NCBI GenBank assembly: GCA_051531975.1
Contig: JAOPTT010000007.1
Span: forward strand, 152,985-216,984
Direction: 5' to 3'
Source of the DNA: Spirochaetaceae bacterium
GTDB lineage: Bacteria; Spirochaetota; Spirochaetia; DSM-2461
Length of the DNA stretch: 64,000 bases
Position numbers and translations under genes: made by a program. Positions within the stretch are counted from its first letter, which is position 1. Each line of letters opens with the position of its first letter. The notes under the pieces are model-generated. The model worked only from the letters and a program-made list of their open reading frames with translations, was not told where the DNA came from and did not search any database. Shown in pieces: positions 10,285-21,098 of the stretch.

Positions 10285-11850
10285 ATGTTTAACTTAATCT
10301 TTGTTGACGATGAATTTATAATTCGGAATGGTATAAAAAAATGTGTTCCGTGGAAAGAAAATGGATTTGATCTTGTTGGTTTATTTGAAAATGGTCAATT
10401 AGCCTACGACTATATTAAAAATAACCCGGTAGATGTTGTAATAACAGATATAAATATGCCTCATATGGATGGACTAGTTTTAAGTAGTGTTTTAGCCGAG
10501 GAATATCCTAAGATTATGGTTTTATTACTCTCTGGATATGACGATTTTGAATATGCACAGAAAGCCGTTAAAAACCATGTAAGAGAGTTTCTTCTTAAAC
10601 CAATAACCGCAGATGAGTTATCTGTCGCTTTAGAGGTTGTGAAAAAAGAACTGCTCTTATCTCGAAATCAGGAACTGTTACAAGAAGAGATGAAAGAGAA
10701 ACTTAAAATTAGTTTCCCACTGTTAAAAGAACGCTTTTTTAATAGGTTGATTTCTGGAAGATTAACCCAGGATAATTATAATAGAAGACGGGAATATTTT
10801 AAATGGGCTGATTTAGAACAGTTTTATCAGGTCTCTGTAATAGGAGTCCCTGAATCATGGAATGAACTTGAAAGAATTACTTTAAGAGAATATCTAAGAG
10901 GAAGCATAGAAACCCATGATGAGATCTTTTTTAATACAGACGAAAATCTTGTACTGTTAGTGCAGTCTGATGAAAAAAAGAAATTAGCAGAAATAACAAG
11001 AAAATATTTAGAGGATACATTTCGTTTTGTTGGAAGCCAGGATAAAGAACAGATTTCCACAGGTTGTGGTGAGATAGTATCAAATAGTAAAGAGATCTCC
11101 GGATCCTATTTTGGTGCTAAAAATGCCTTTGATTATACTAAGGTATTAGGACTGTCTCAGATTCTTTCTATAAAAGATGTTCGAAGCTCAAAAAAAATAC
11201 GGCCAGAAACATTTTGTGTTTATTTAGCAGATATAATTGAGCAGTTAAAAGAGGGTAGCAAAGACCAGACTATAACAAAAATAGATGACCTTTTTACGTA
11301 TATGGAGCAGCACTATATATCCCACGATGAAGCATTTTCTTATTATTCTAGGATAAATCACGCATTAGATGTATTTATTCAGGAGATGGGGCTGTATTCA
11401 GAAAATGATGTGATATTCTCAACACATACATTACGGTATAGAACTTTAGAACAGGCAAAAAAAGCTTTCAAAAATTATGTAGCTGATATTGAAAAGAAAA
11501 TTGATAACAGAAGAAACGACATTATTGTTTCTAGAATAGATAATGCAAAAGCTATAATATCTAAAAGGTTTTCTGAATCTAACTTTTCTCTTCAGTGTAT
11601 ATGCGATGAATTATACCTTTCTACGAGTCAGTTTAGTTATCTTTTTAAAGAGGGAACAGGTCAAACTTTTGTAGAGTATTTAACATCCTATAGAGTAGAA
11701 GAAGCAAAAAAAATGCTAAAATTAACTGATCATAAGGTATATGAAATTGCTGAGAATATTGGATATCAAGACCCTAGGTATTTCTCCCTAATTTTCAAGA
11801 AACAGACCGGTGTTACCGCCCTAGAATATAGAAAAAGGTTAGAGCATTGA
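10285..11850 (+). CDS. YesN-type response regulator (receiver + AraC HTH)
   Basis: 'FVDDE', 'ITDINMPHMDGL', 'FLLKP'; C-terminal 'IAENIGYQDPRYFSLIFKK'. Confidence 0.95.
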   Translation: MFNLIFVDDEFIIRNGIKKCVPWKENGFDLVGLFENGQLAYDYIKNNPVDVVITDINMPHMDGLVLSSVLAEEYPKIMVLLLSGYDDFEYAQKAVKNHVREFLLKPITADELSVALEVVKKELLLSRNQELLQEEMKEKLKISFPLLKERFFNRLISGRLTQDNYNRRREYFKWADLEQFYQVSVIGVPESWNELERITLREYLRGSIETHDEIFFNTDENLVLLVQSDEKKKLAEITRKYLEDTFRFVGSQDKEQISTGCGEIVSNSKEISGSYFGAKNAFDYTKVLGLSQILSIKDVRSSKKIRPETFCVYLADIIEQLKEGSKDQTITKIDDLFTYMEQHYISHDEAFSYYSRINHALDVFIQEMGLYSENDVIFSTHTLRYRTLEQAKKAFKNYVADIEKKIDNRRNDIIVSRIDNAKAIISKRFSESNFSLQCICDELYLSTSQFSYLFKEGTGQTFVEYLTSYRVEEAKKMLKLTDHKVYEIAENIGYQDPRYFSLIFKKQTGVTALEYRKRLEH

Positions 11851-13625
11851 AGAAGACACTAGGGTTCAAGACCTTAGAATCTAGGATTTATCTAATAATA
11901 ACTCTTATGTTATTCACTGCAATTTTTATAATGCAATTAGTATTTTTTAGATTTGTTACAACAACTGTTACATCTTCAACCTTGGATAATAACAGAACAC
12001 TGTTAAAACAACTTGTCGCTCAAATTGATTCATATCTTTATGATATTGAGAAAGTTTCCGGGGTTATTGTAGATGATAATAATATTCAGTTTTATCTTGA
12101 AAACATAGATTCTACGGATTTACAAGATGACATAGAGCAGCAGTTATATAATTATAAACAAGCAAGAACGGATATTTCTAATATTTTGATTTATGCTAAT
12201 GATGGAACAATTATTTTAAGCGATCCAGATGTTAAAGTTAATCCTTGGACTCCAATAAAGGATAATTTATGGTTTAAAAATGCAATTAATAAGCGAGGTC
12301 GAATAGCTGTCTCTGAATCTTATGTTCAGAATATAATAGTGGGACAATATACATGGGTTGTCTCTCTTAGTCGAGAAATTTTTTCAAAAATAAGTGGGAA
12401 ATCATTAGGTGTTTTATTAGTTGATCTTAAGTTTAATAGAATAGATGAACTGTGCAGGTCCTTTATTATTGGAGAAAAAGGCTATGATTTTATACTAGAT
12501 AATAGTGGGAATTATATTTTTCATCCAACTCAGCAATTAATTAATAGTAATCTAAGATCAGAACCAATAAAGCAGTTAATTTCAAAATACAATTTAAGAA
12601 ATAAAAAATATATTTACAATAATGAAAAATATTACATGACTGAAAGATCTGGATTAACAAATTGGAATATTGTTAGTGTAACCCACAAAAGTGATATTGT
12701 TACTGACTGGCAGAATGTTCAGGTTATATATACATTAGTTGGTTTTATACTTTTTCTTGTTGTTGGACCAATAACTAAAAGAGTTTCATCTGGGATTTCT
12801 GGGCCAGTAAAGAAGTTACAAAGTATTATGAAAACCGTAGAATATGGTGAATTTAATATGATAGGTAAGATTGATGCTACTGAGGAAATTCAGAACTTAG
12901 CATATGATTATAATATTATGGTTGGACGTATAAGAGAACTAGTTGAAACTAATAATAGGGATCAGGAACTTAAAAGAAAAAGTGATTTAGTAGCTCTGCA
13001 GGCACAGATAAATCCACATTTTTTATATAATACATTAGATTCAATTATATGGATGGGAGAGATGGGGCAAAACAAAGAAGTTGTACAAATGACTTCGGCA
13101 CTATCAAAATTATTTAGAATAAGCATAAGTAAAGGTCATGAAATAATAACAATTCGAGATGAAATTGCTCATGTTCAATCATATCTTACAATTCAGGGCA
13201 TGAGATACCAAGATAAGTTTACATATTTAATAGATATTGATCCGGATTTATATGTTTACCCAATTATAAAGATTACATTACAGCCTTTAATCGAAAATGC
13301 AATTTATCATGGAATAAAAGAGAAACATGGTAAAGGTTTTATTAAAATAACTGGAAGACAGGTCGAAGATGTTATATTTATTGATGTAGAAGATAATGGT
13401 CTAGGTATGACAGAAGAAGTTTTAGAAGAGTTAAGACATAATGTGAATATAAAGCAGAAGGATTTTATTGAAGAATCTAAACATGGTATGGGTTTAAGGA
13501 ATGTACACCAAAGAATTAGGCTATATTTTGGTGAGGAGTATGGTCTAACTTTTAGCTCTGTATTAGGTCAGAGTTCTACACTAACAATAGTCCTGCCTGC
13601 AAAAATGATGGAGAAAAAATCGTGA
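11847..13625 (+). CDS. YesM/LytS-type sensor histidine kinase (Cache-HAMP-kinase)
   Basis: Two TM segments, 'LQAQINPHFLYNTL', 'LQPLIENAIYHG', 'EDNGLG', 'GMGLRNV'. Confidence 0.95.
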   Translation: MKKTLGFKTLESRIYLIITLMLFTAIFIMQLVFFRFVTTTVTSSTLDNNRTLLKQLVAQIDSYLYDIEKVSGVIVDDNNIQFYLENIDSTDLQDDIEQQLYNYKQARTDISNILIYANDGTIILSDPDVKVNPWTPIKDNLWFKNAINKRGRIAVSESYVQNIIVGQYTWVVSLSREIFSKISGKSLGVLLVDLKFNRIDELCRSFIIGEKGYDFILDNSGNYIFHPTQQLINSNLRSEPIKQLISKYNLRNKKYIYNNEKYYMTERSGLTNWNIVSVTHKSDIVTDWQNVQVIYTLVGFILFLVVGPITKRVSSGISGPVKKLQSIMKTVEYGEFNMIGKIDATEEIQNLAYDYNIMVGRIRELVETNNRDQELKRKSDLVALQAQINPHFLYNTLDSIIWMGEMGQNKEVVQMTSALSKLFRISISKGHEIITIRDEIAHVQSYLTIQGMRYQDKFTYLIDIDPDLYVYPIIKITLQPLIENAIYHGIKEKHGKGFIKITGRQVEDVIFIDVEDNGLGMTEEVLEELRHNVNIKQKDFIEESKHGMGLRNVHQRIRLYFGEEYGLTFSSVLGQSSTLTIVLPAKMMEKKS

Positions 13626-14602
13626 GAAATTTATATTTTCTTCTACTTAGCTTAATGGCTACATTTGTTCTATTTATGATCTTTTCCTTTGTTTATGGTA
13701 GTGATTCTTTCAAAAAAGTTAATCTAGAGAAACCTATAGAAGTTGTTTTAAAATCTGTTAAAGGCGAAACAATGGACTTTTGGAATGTTGTTAATTTAGG
13801 AATTGATGAGGCTGCAAAAGAGTTTGGAGTCCAAGTTAATGTTTCTGGTCCTAATTTTGAAAAAGAGATAAATAAACAGATAACTATTTTAAATAAAATA
13901 ATTGAAGATAATCCCCCTATTATTATATTAGCAGCATCGGATTATAAAAGATTAACTGCTTCTATAGATAGAGCTGACTATCTAGAAATCCCAGTTATTA
14001 CCCTTGATTCTGGGGTAGATTCAAACTACCCAGAGTCATTTGTAGGTACAAATAATATTATTGCCGGGGAAAAAGCGGGTAGAGAGCTAAAAAGATTATT
14101 AGAGGATAGTAATAAAAAAGAAATAGCCATAGTCGCTCATTTAAAAGAGACTAATACTGCAATAGATAGAGAGCAAGGTGTTAGGAATGCACTGGATGAA
14201 GAGAATATTATAGGTACATGGTTTTGTGATGTTGAGGAAGACAAAGCCTATTATATAACATTAGGTTTATTAAAAAATAGTAACCTTGGCGGCATAGTTG
14301 CATTAAACGAAGTTGCAGCCCTAGGAGTTGCTAGAGCAATACAAGAGACAAATAGTCAGGATATTATTAAGGTTGTTGGTTTTGATAATTCTGCTAGAGA
14401 GCTAACATTTCTTGAAGCTGGAGTCTTAGACGCAACGGTGGTACAGCGGCCATATAATATGGGTTATCTTGCTGTTAAAACAGCTGTTGAACATCTAAGC
14501 GGGGATAAGGTTGAAGCTAATATTGATACTGGGTCTGTTTTAATTACCAAAGTAAATATGTTTAAAAGAGAGTATCAGGATATTCTTTTTCCATTTCAGT
14601 AA
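13622..14602 (+). CDS. RbsB-like sugar-binding protein, probable accessory sensor of the two-component system
   Basis: Type I periplasmic binding-protein motifs ('DFWNVVNLG', 'VVGFDNS', 'VVQRPYNMGY'); overlaps the kinase stop codon; N-terminal hydrophobic anchor. Confidence 0.88.
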   Translation: MRNLYFLLLSLMATFVLFMIFSFVYGSDSFKKVNLEKPIEVVLKSVKGETMDFWNVVNLGIDEAAKEFGVQVNVSGPNFEKEINKQITILNKIIEDNPPIIILAASDYKRLTASIDRADYLEIPVITLDSGVDSNYPESFVGTNNIIAGEKAGRELKRLLEDSNKKEIAIVAHLKETNTAIDREQGVRNALDEENIIGTWFCDVEEDKAYYITLGLLKNSNLGGIVALNEVAALGVARAIQETNSQDIIKVVGFDNSARELTFLEAGVLDATVVQRPYNMGYLAVKTAVEHLSGDKVEANIDTGSVLITKVNMFKREYQDILFPFQ

Positions 14603-14619
14603 TTAAATTATTTAGGAAC

Positions 14620-14683
14620 CGTAAAAAAATATACCTTTTCCGTAAAATTCTTGATTATAGTAGATAACAAGTCGTGTAATAAT
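14620..14683 (+). promoter_or_regulatory. Activator-dependent promoter of the ribulokinase gene (21-bp direct repeat + extended -10)
   Basis: CGTAAAA at 14620 and 14641; TGtAATAAT with the hexamer at 14678; same geometry as 18393-18456. Confidence 0.55.
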
Positions 14684-14710
14684 AGAAACTGTTATAACTA
14701 GGAGATTGAA

Positions 14711-16381
14711 ATGGGTAAAAATAGTTATGTTATAGGTGTAGATTTTGGTTCTGATTCTGTTAGGGCAATAATTGTTGATACTAAAGATGGCAAAGAGTTA
14801 AGCGAATCTGTTTTTAACTATCCAAGATGGAAAGAAGGGCTCTATTGTAACCCCCTGATAAATCAATTCAGACAACACCCATTAGACTATATTGAAGGTC
14901 TTACATATACAATTAAAGATGTCATATCAAAAGCAGGTGACGGTATCTCTAAATTTATAAAAGCCATCGCTTTTGATACCACAGGTTCTACTCCATGTGC
15001 TGTGGATAAAAACGGAACACCATTAGCTTTATTACCTAAATATGAGACTAATCCTAATGCTATGTTTATATTATGGAAGGATCATACAGCAATAGAAGAA
15101 GCAAAAGAGATTAATTTGTTATCCCATAGTGGTAAATATGTAGATTATACAAAATTTCTAGGTGGAAGTTACTCTTCTGAGTGGTTTTGGGCAAAAATTC
15201 TACGTACATTAAGAGTGGACAAAGAGGTCAGAGAAGATGCCTTTTCTTGGGTTGAACACTCAGACTGGATGGTTTCACTTTTAACAGGAAATAGAGACCC
15301 ATTAACAATGAATAGATCTAGGTGTAGTTCAGGGCATAAAGCTATGTGGCATAAAAGTTTTGATGGTATCCCAGCAGAGGATTTTTTAGAGGATTTAGAT
15401 CCACTACTAAAAGGTCTGCGTAATAATATTAATGGACAAACTGTTACTGCAGAAGTTTCAAATGGTAATCTATCTGAAGAGTGGGCAAAAAAACTTGGAT
15501 TATCTGAAGATGTAATAATTGGTGGATCTGCAATTGATGCCCATATAGGAGCAGTTGGAGCTGGAATAAAAGCATACGATATGGTTAAAGTTATTGGGAC
15601 AAGTACTTGTGATATTGTTGTTGTCCCAACTATAGATTTTGCTGATAGTTTTGTTAATGGAATATGTGGGCAAGTTGATGGCTCTGTTATTCCAGGAATG
15701 GTAGGTTTAGAAGCTGGTCAGGCTGCATTTGGCGACTATTATGCATGGTTTAAAAAAACTCTATTAGGTCCCTCTATAAAAATTATAAACAGTAGTAAAA
15801 CTATATCCCCGGTCGCTAAAATTGAACTTTTAAAAGAACTTGATAATAATCTTCTTAAAACCCTTGAAGAGGGGTGTGAGAAGTCTCCAAAATTAGACGA
15901 TATAATTGCTTTGGATTGGATAAATGGTCGAAGAACCCCTGATGCTAATCAGGAACTAGAAGCTGGATTTATAGGATTAAATATCTCAACATCAGCGTAT
16001 AAAATGTATAAATCAATAATTGATGCAACAGCTTTTGGAGCTAGAAAGATTCAAGATAGATTTACTCAAGAAGGAATAAATATCAAACGGGTAATTGCCA
16101 CAGGTGGAATCTCTAGAAAGTCAAAACTTGTTATGCAAACTTTAGCAGATGTTCTGAATAGGGAAATTATTGTAAGTTCATCAGAACAGACTTGTGCTCT
16201 AGGATCGAGTATGTTCGCAGCAGTTTCAGCTGGTATATACAGTGATATTAGAGACGCACAAGAACATATGGGCTGTGGGTATGATTATACTTATACACCA
16301 ATACCAAAAAATGTTGAAATCTATGAGAACTTATATCACCGTTATTTAAGTTTTGCAAACTATGTAGAAGTGACAAAATAG
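14711..16381 (+). CDS. araB: Ribulokinase (AraB-type FGGY kinase)
   Basis: 'GVDFGSDSVRA', 'FRQHPLDYIE', 'LWKDHTA', 'YSSEWFWAKI', 'GICGQVDGSV', 'DWINGRRTP'. Confidence 0.9.
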   Translation: MGKNSYVIGVDFGSDSVRAIIVDTKDGKELSESVFNYPRWKEGLYCNPLINQFRQHPLDYIEGLTYTIKDVISKAGDGISKFIKAIAFDTTGSTPCAVDKNGTPLALLPKYETNPNAMFILWKDHTAIEEAKEINLLSHSGKYVDYTKFLGGSYSSEWFWAKILRTLRVDKEVREDAFSWVEHSDWMVSLLTGNRDPLTMNRSRCSSGHKAMWHKSFDGIPAEDFLEDLDPLLKGLRNNINGQTVTAEVSNGNLSEEWAKKLGLSEDVIIGGSAIDAHIGAVGAGIKAYDMVKVIGTSTCDIVVVPTIDFADSFVNGICGQVDGSVIPGMVGLEAGQAAFGDYYAWFKKTLLGPSIKIINSSKTISPVAKIELLKELDNNLLKTLEEGCEKSPKLDDIIALDWINGRRTPDANQELEAGFIGLNISTSAYKMYKSIIDATAFGARKIQDRFTQEGINIKRVIATGGISRKSKLVMQTLADVLNREIIVSSSEQTCALGSSMFAAVSAGIYSDIRDAQEHMGCGYDYTYTPIPKNVEIYENLYHRYLSFANYVEVTK

Positions 16382-16422
16382 AGAAAAACGTAATATTTTC
16401 TACATATACTGGATAAATTTAG

Positions 16423-18303
16423 ATGGCGGAATTGAAAAATCCATACGATACTTTTAATATGAATATTAGAAATAAACTTTTTGGTTCAATAGTTATTATT
16501 TTATTTTTTATTGTATTAAGCTTTGTACTCTACTTTGTTATGACCCAGCCTATAAATAAGATGAGAGAGGAAGAAAAATCTTTTACATCTCTAAAAATAG
16601 CCCTGATATCAGAACTTAGGGTTTTAGGACATTTAGTTCCGGGGACAATTAATAAAGTCTATATAAAGTTTAAAGAACAACAGTCTGTAACTGATGATGG
16701 TTTTGCTCAAATACATAATTTAAAAACCCTACCAACAATTAATCAAAGAATAAAAGATGCTATTGAAGTAATAACCAATATGGAAGTTATTATTAAAAAA
16801 CATAGAGTAGCATTAGACTCTGCATATAATATTTTTATAAAAAATTCACAAGATGTTTATCAGCTAAAAACCGATGTTAAGGTTCTAAGCTATGCTATGT
16901 CAGACCAACTAATAAACCATGAAAAGCTCGATGAATATAGTGATAATTTAGATAACCTTGTTTCTAGAATAGTATATTTATATAAAGGAATCGAAGTTAA
17001 TATCGATGTTATAGATACTCAATACGAAATTATAAACCAAGAGATCAGTAAAATAAAAGCAAAAAGTCAAATTACTTCTATAATATTAGGAATAATTATG
17101 TCAGGTATTGGAGTTATACTCTCATTTTTAATTTCTAGTAGAATAAGTAAAAGTTTAAAACACATCGATGATAATATTCATCATCTTAATCAAATGATTT
17201 TAACAAAAAGATTTGATATAAAGTCTAGTGACGAACTTGGTAGACTCTCTACTACCCTTAATGAGTTTTTAGATACACTAAATAGTTCTATTAATAAGAC
17301 GAAGGTCAACTCATCTGAAAATATCGAAACTAGGAACCTGATGATATCATCCTTAGAAGATTCATCAAATTCAATAACTGGCATCGATCTGAATATTGCA
17401 GATATTGAAAATTTATCATCTAATCTTGGATTAAGTGTTGCTGAGTCTGAAGACGCAATAGGCTCAATTGTAAAACTTATTGAGAACCAGAATTTAATGA
17501 TAGAATCTGAAGGGAATATGATTGAAGATTCTACATCTTCTGTTAATCAGATAATAGCCTCGGTTAACTCTATTGGTTCAATTGTAAAAAATAACCAAAG
17601 GTCATCAGAAGAACTAATTGGTATAGCAAAAGTTGGTCAAGAGAAATTATCTAAAACAACATCTATAATTAACGACATAAGTAGTAGTGCCACAGAGATA
17701 AAAGATATTACTAAGATTATAGAAGATATCGCGTCTAGGACAAACTTACTGGCAATGAATGCAGCTATAGAAGCGGCTAATGCTGGGGAAGCAGGTCGAG
17801 GTTTTTCTGTTGTTGCAAACGAGATAAGAAAACTATCAGAAGCATCATCAAAAAACTCAAAAGAAATCTCCTATAACTTAAATAGAATACTTGGAAATAT
17901 TGAAGAAGCGGGAGTCTCGGTCGCAGATACAACTAATACTTTTAAACTTACAGGTCTAGAAATAAATAAGATATCAGAAAGAATATCAGATATTATGATT
18001 AGTTTAGATGAGCTAGGTTCTGGAGGTAGTTTAATCCAAGACTCAATGACTGTATTACACGATTTATCTATGAAAATAAGGTCTGAATCTGATAATATGA
18101 CCCTATCTACAGTAACGGTTAAAAACTCAATTGAAAAAGTTACAAATATATCCACTGAGCTTCAGAGGGGAACCCATGAGATAACATCAGGTATTAAAGT
18201 TATTAAGACTTCAATCTCCGATGTTTCATCCTTAGGGGATCAGATGATGACTAAAAGTGAACAGCTCAATAATGAAGTTCTTAAATTTGAAACATCAATA
18301 TAA
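16423..18303 (+). CDS. Methyl-accepting chemotaxis protein (2 TM, HAMP)
   Basis: '[33 protein letters not shown]'; start may be ATG 16459. Confidence 0.93.
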   Translation: MAELKNPYDTFNMNIRNKLFGSIVIILFFIVLSFVLYFVMTQPINKMREEEKSFTSLKIALISELRVLGHLVPGTINKVYIKFKEQQSVTDDGFAQIHNLKTLPTINQRIKDAIEVITNMEVIIKKHRVALDSAYNIFIKNSQDVYQLKTDVKVLSYAMSDQLINHEKLDEYSDNLDNLVSRIVYLYKGIEVNIDVIDTQYEIINQEISKIKAKSQITSIILGIIMSGIGVILSFLISSRISKSLKHIDDNIHHLNQMILTKRFDIKSSDELGRLSTTLNEFLDTLNSSINKTKVNSSENIETRNLMISSLEDSSNSITGIDLNIADIENLSSNLGLSVAESEDAIGSIVKLIENQNLMIESEGNMIEDSTSSVNQIIASVNSIGSIVKNNQRSSEELIGIAKVGQEKLSKTTSIINDISSSATEIKDITKIIEDIASRTNLLAMNAAIEAANAGEAGRGFSVVANEIRKLSEASSKNSKEISYNLNRILGNIEEAGVSVADTTNTFKLTGLEINKISERISDIMISLDELGSGGSLIQDSMTVLHDLSMKIRSESDNMTLSTVTVKNSIEKVTNISTELQRGTHEITSGIKVIKTSISDVSSLGDQMMTKSEQLNNEVLKFETSI

Positions 18304-18326
18304 TATAAATAAATAACTCCTTTTTC

Positions 18327-18368
18327 CTCCTAACTATTTACATCGTAGATAGTTAGGAGTTTTATTTT
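18327..18368 (+). terminator. Intrinsic terminator after the MCP gene
   Basis: CTCCTAACTAT...ATAGTTAGGAG stem followed by TTTTATTTT. Confidence 0.8.
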
Positions 18369-18392
18369 ATAAGTATAAAATAATCCAACAAT

Positions 18393-18456
18393 CGTAGAAT
18401 ATTCGACATTGTCCGTAAGATACTAGATTTCGGGATATAAAAACCCATGCAATAAT
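18393..18456 (+). promoter_or_regulatory. Activator-dependent promoter of the ABC operon
   Basis: CGTAGAA at 18393 and CGTAAGA at 18414 (21-bp period); TGcAATAAT with the hexamer at 18451. Confidence 0.55.
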
Positions 18457-18499
18457 ATTTATAGTTAGATATAGAAATCTTAACTTAGGAGTTTAAGTT

Positions 18500-19999
18500 T
18501 TGAAAGAACACGTACTATCAATGGTTAATATTGATAAGAGATTTACAGGTGTACATGCATTAAAAGGTGTTAACTTTGACCTATATCCAGGTGAAGTTCA
18601 CGCTCTAGTTGGTGAGAATGGTGCAGGTAAATCAACTATGATGAAAACACTTACTGGAATAACACCAAAAGATTCAGGTGAAATCTATTTTCAGGGTGAA
18701 TTATTTGATCCAAAAAGTCCTAAAGAAGCGTTAAGTAAGGGTATCGGTATTATCCATCAGGAATTGAATATGATGGAACATTTAACAGTTGCTCAGAATA
18801 TTTTTATAGGTCGGGAGTCAACAACTGAATCCGGTCTGTTACTTGATGAGAAAGCTCAAAATAGAAGAGCCCATGAACTTTTTAGCAGATTAAATATGGA
18901 TATTGATGCAACTGAGATATTAGGAAACTTAACAGTTGGTAAGCAGCAGATGGTAGAGATTGCGAAAGCTGTTTCCCATGATTTAAAAGTTCTAATTTTA
19001 GATGAACCAACAGCAGCATTAACTGAGACAGAGATTAACGACCTTTTTATAATAATGAGAGACTTATCCTGTAGAGATGTTGCCATGATCTATATATCCC
19101 ATCGGATGGATGAGATTAATAGGATTACAGATCGAGTAACTGTATTACGAGATGGTGAATACGTTGGTACTAAAAATACTGATGAAGTAACAAAAGATGA
19201 AATAATAAACATGATGGTTGGACGGGTTATATACGAAGATCCTAAAACCCATAGTAATGTTGAAGCAGATGCAGAGACTGTTTTAAAAGTTGAAAACTTA
19301 AATGCAGGGCGAATGGTTCAAGATGTAAATTTTGAGCTCAAAAAAGGTGAAATTTTAGGTTTTGCAGGTTTAATGGGAGCAGGAAGAACAGAGACTGCAA
19401 GAGCAGTGTTTGGTGCAGATGTAAGAGATAGTGGAACCATTTCAATAAATGGTGAAGTTGTAAATATTCAATCTCCTATGGATGCAGTTGGTCATGGTAT
19501 TGGTTACCTATCTGAAGATAGAAAAAGATATGGTGTCGCTGTTAATTTAAGTGTAATTGATAACTCTCTTATGGCATCCTACGATGACTATGAATCAGGT
19601 CTTTTTGTTCATACAAAAAAAATTGCAAAAATCACCCGTGAGTTTGTAGATAGATTAAAAGTTAAAACACCAACACTTGAGCAACTGCTTAGAAATTTAT
19701 CTGGTGGTAATCAGCAAAAAGTTGTTATTGCTAAATGGTTAATTAAAGATAGTGATATTCTTATTTTTGATGAACCAACTAGAGGTATCGATGTTGGTGC
19801 TAAAAGTGAAATTTATACACTAATGAACGAGCTTGTTAAACAGGGAAAATCAATAATTATGATTTCATCTGAACTAACAGAGATTTTAAGAATGAGTGAC
19901 AGAATTATTGTAATGTGCGAAGGGAAAATTACTGGAGAGCTTGATATTAAAGATGCTAACCAGGAAGAAATTATGAAATATGCCACAAAAAGAGATTAG
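18500..19999 (+). CDS. Monosaccharide ABC transporter ATPase (RbsA/MglA type)
   Basis: 'GENGAGKST', 'LILDEPT', 'LSGGNQQK', 'DEPTRGIDVGAK'; TTG start with SD AGGAG. Confidence 0.96.
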   Translation: MKEHVLSMVNIDKRFTGVHALKGVNFDLYPGEVHALVGENGAGKSTMMKTLTGITPKDSGEIYFQGELFDPKSPKEALSKGIGIIHQELNMMEHLTVAQNIFIGRESTTESGLLLDEKAQNRRAHELFSRLNMDIDATEILGNLTVGKQQMVEIAKAVSHDLKVLILDEPTAALTETEINDLFIIMRDLSCRDVAMIYISHRMDEINRITDRVTVLRDGEYVGTKNTDEVTKDEIINMMVGRVIYEDPKTHSNVEADAETVLKVENLNAGRMVQDVNFELKKGEILGFAGLMGAGRTETARAVFGADVRDSGTISINGEVVNIQSPMDAVGHGIGYLSEDRKRYGVAVNLSVIDNSLMASYDDYESGLFVHTKKIAKITREFVDRLKVKTPTLEQLLRNLSGGNQQKVVIAKWLIKDSDILIFDEPTRGIDVGAKSEIYTLMNELVKQGKSIIMISSELTEILRMSDRIIVMCEGKITGELDIKDANQEEIMKYATKRD

Positions 20000-20011
20000 G
20001 AGTTAGACAAG

Positions 20012-21031
20012 ATGGATGACATAAACAATAAGAGTTTAATGGATAAAATTAACGGTATCGGGTTACAGAAATTTTTAGCTCCTGCTGCACTAGTAATTTT
20101 ATATATATTTTTTGGTTTGTTTGGGAGAAATTTTTTCTCTTATTCAACATTAGTAAACATACTTGATTCATCATATTACATAGGTTTTATTGCAATAGGA
20201 GTAACTTTTGTAATTATTACCGGTGGAATTGATCTATCTGTTGGAACAGTTATGATGTGTGCTGCAATAATTGGTGGTACCGCATATAAAACATGGGGTT
20301 GGCCAATGTGGGTGTCTTTAGTTCTGATTTTGATAGTTGCAACAGCATTTGGTTTCTTTAATGGTATTTTAATCTCTAGGTTAAAACTACCTCCATTTAT
20401 TGCAACCCTTGGAACAATGATGATCTCCATGGGAGTTGGTTCTATTGTTGCCAATGTTAGAAGTGCAACATTCCCTACAAGATCATCAGAAGGTGGTTGG
20501 TTTAAAAATATCTTTAAGTTCATTAACGAAGATGGAGATTCACTTCCTACTGGGGCAATTGTTCTTTTAGTTGTTGCTTTAATAGCATTCCTTATCTTAA
20601 CAAAAACTAAGATGGGTAGATATATATTTGCGATAGGTTCAAACAAAGAAGCTGCAAGACTATCTGGAGTTAATGTTAAAAAATGGGAAATGATGGCCTA
20701 TGTTGTTAGTGGGTTTTGTGCAGGTATTGGTGGTATAGCGTTTGCTGCTGTATATACAACTGTAATGCCAGCCCAGGGACAAGGATTTGAGTTATACGCA
20801 ATTGCAGGTGCTGTAATAGGTGGTACTTCTTTATCCGGTGGTATTGGTTCTGTTTGGGGAACACTAATAGGTGTTTATATAATGAGTGTATTAAGAGCTG
20901 GTCTTCCATCTATGGATTTGCAGGCTCACTACCAAACTTTCTTTACAGGAATTGTTGTTATAGGTGCTGTTCTGCTTGATATCTATAGAAACCAAAAAGC
21001 TTCAAAAGTTAAAAAGCAGAAACTTCAATAA
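20012..21031 (+). CDS. Monosaccharide ABC permease (RbsC type)
   Basis: 'GGIDLSVG', 'PPFIATLG', 'GSNKEAARLSGV', 'VIGGTSLSGG'. Confidence 0.95.
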   Translation: MDDINNKSLMDKINGIGLQKFLAPAALVILYIFFGLFGRNFFSYSTLVNILDSSYYIGFIAIGVTFVIITGGIDLSVGTVMMCAAIIGGTAYKTWGWPMWVSLVLILIVATAFGFFNGILISRLKLPPFIATLGTMMISMGVGSIVANVRSATFPTRSSEGGWFKNIFKFINEDGDSLPTGAIVLLVVALIAFLILTKTKMGRYIFAIGSNKEAARLSGVNVKKWEMMAYVVSGFCAGIGGIAFAAVYTTVMPAQGQGFELYAIAGAVIGGTSLSGGIGSVWGTLIGVYIMSVLRAGLPSMDLQAHYQTFFTGIVVIGAVLLDIYRNQKASKVKKQKLQ

Positions 21032-21098
21032 GAATATTTTTAAATATGTTCACACTCTAAAACGTATGTTTTGGATTATATATTAGGAGGATTTTATA

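Noticed and set aside
17740..17840. Asn substitutions in the MCP hairpin tip (EAANAG, VANEI) as a sign of inactivation
   Set aside because: Within plausible natural variation; the reading frame is intact.
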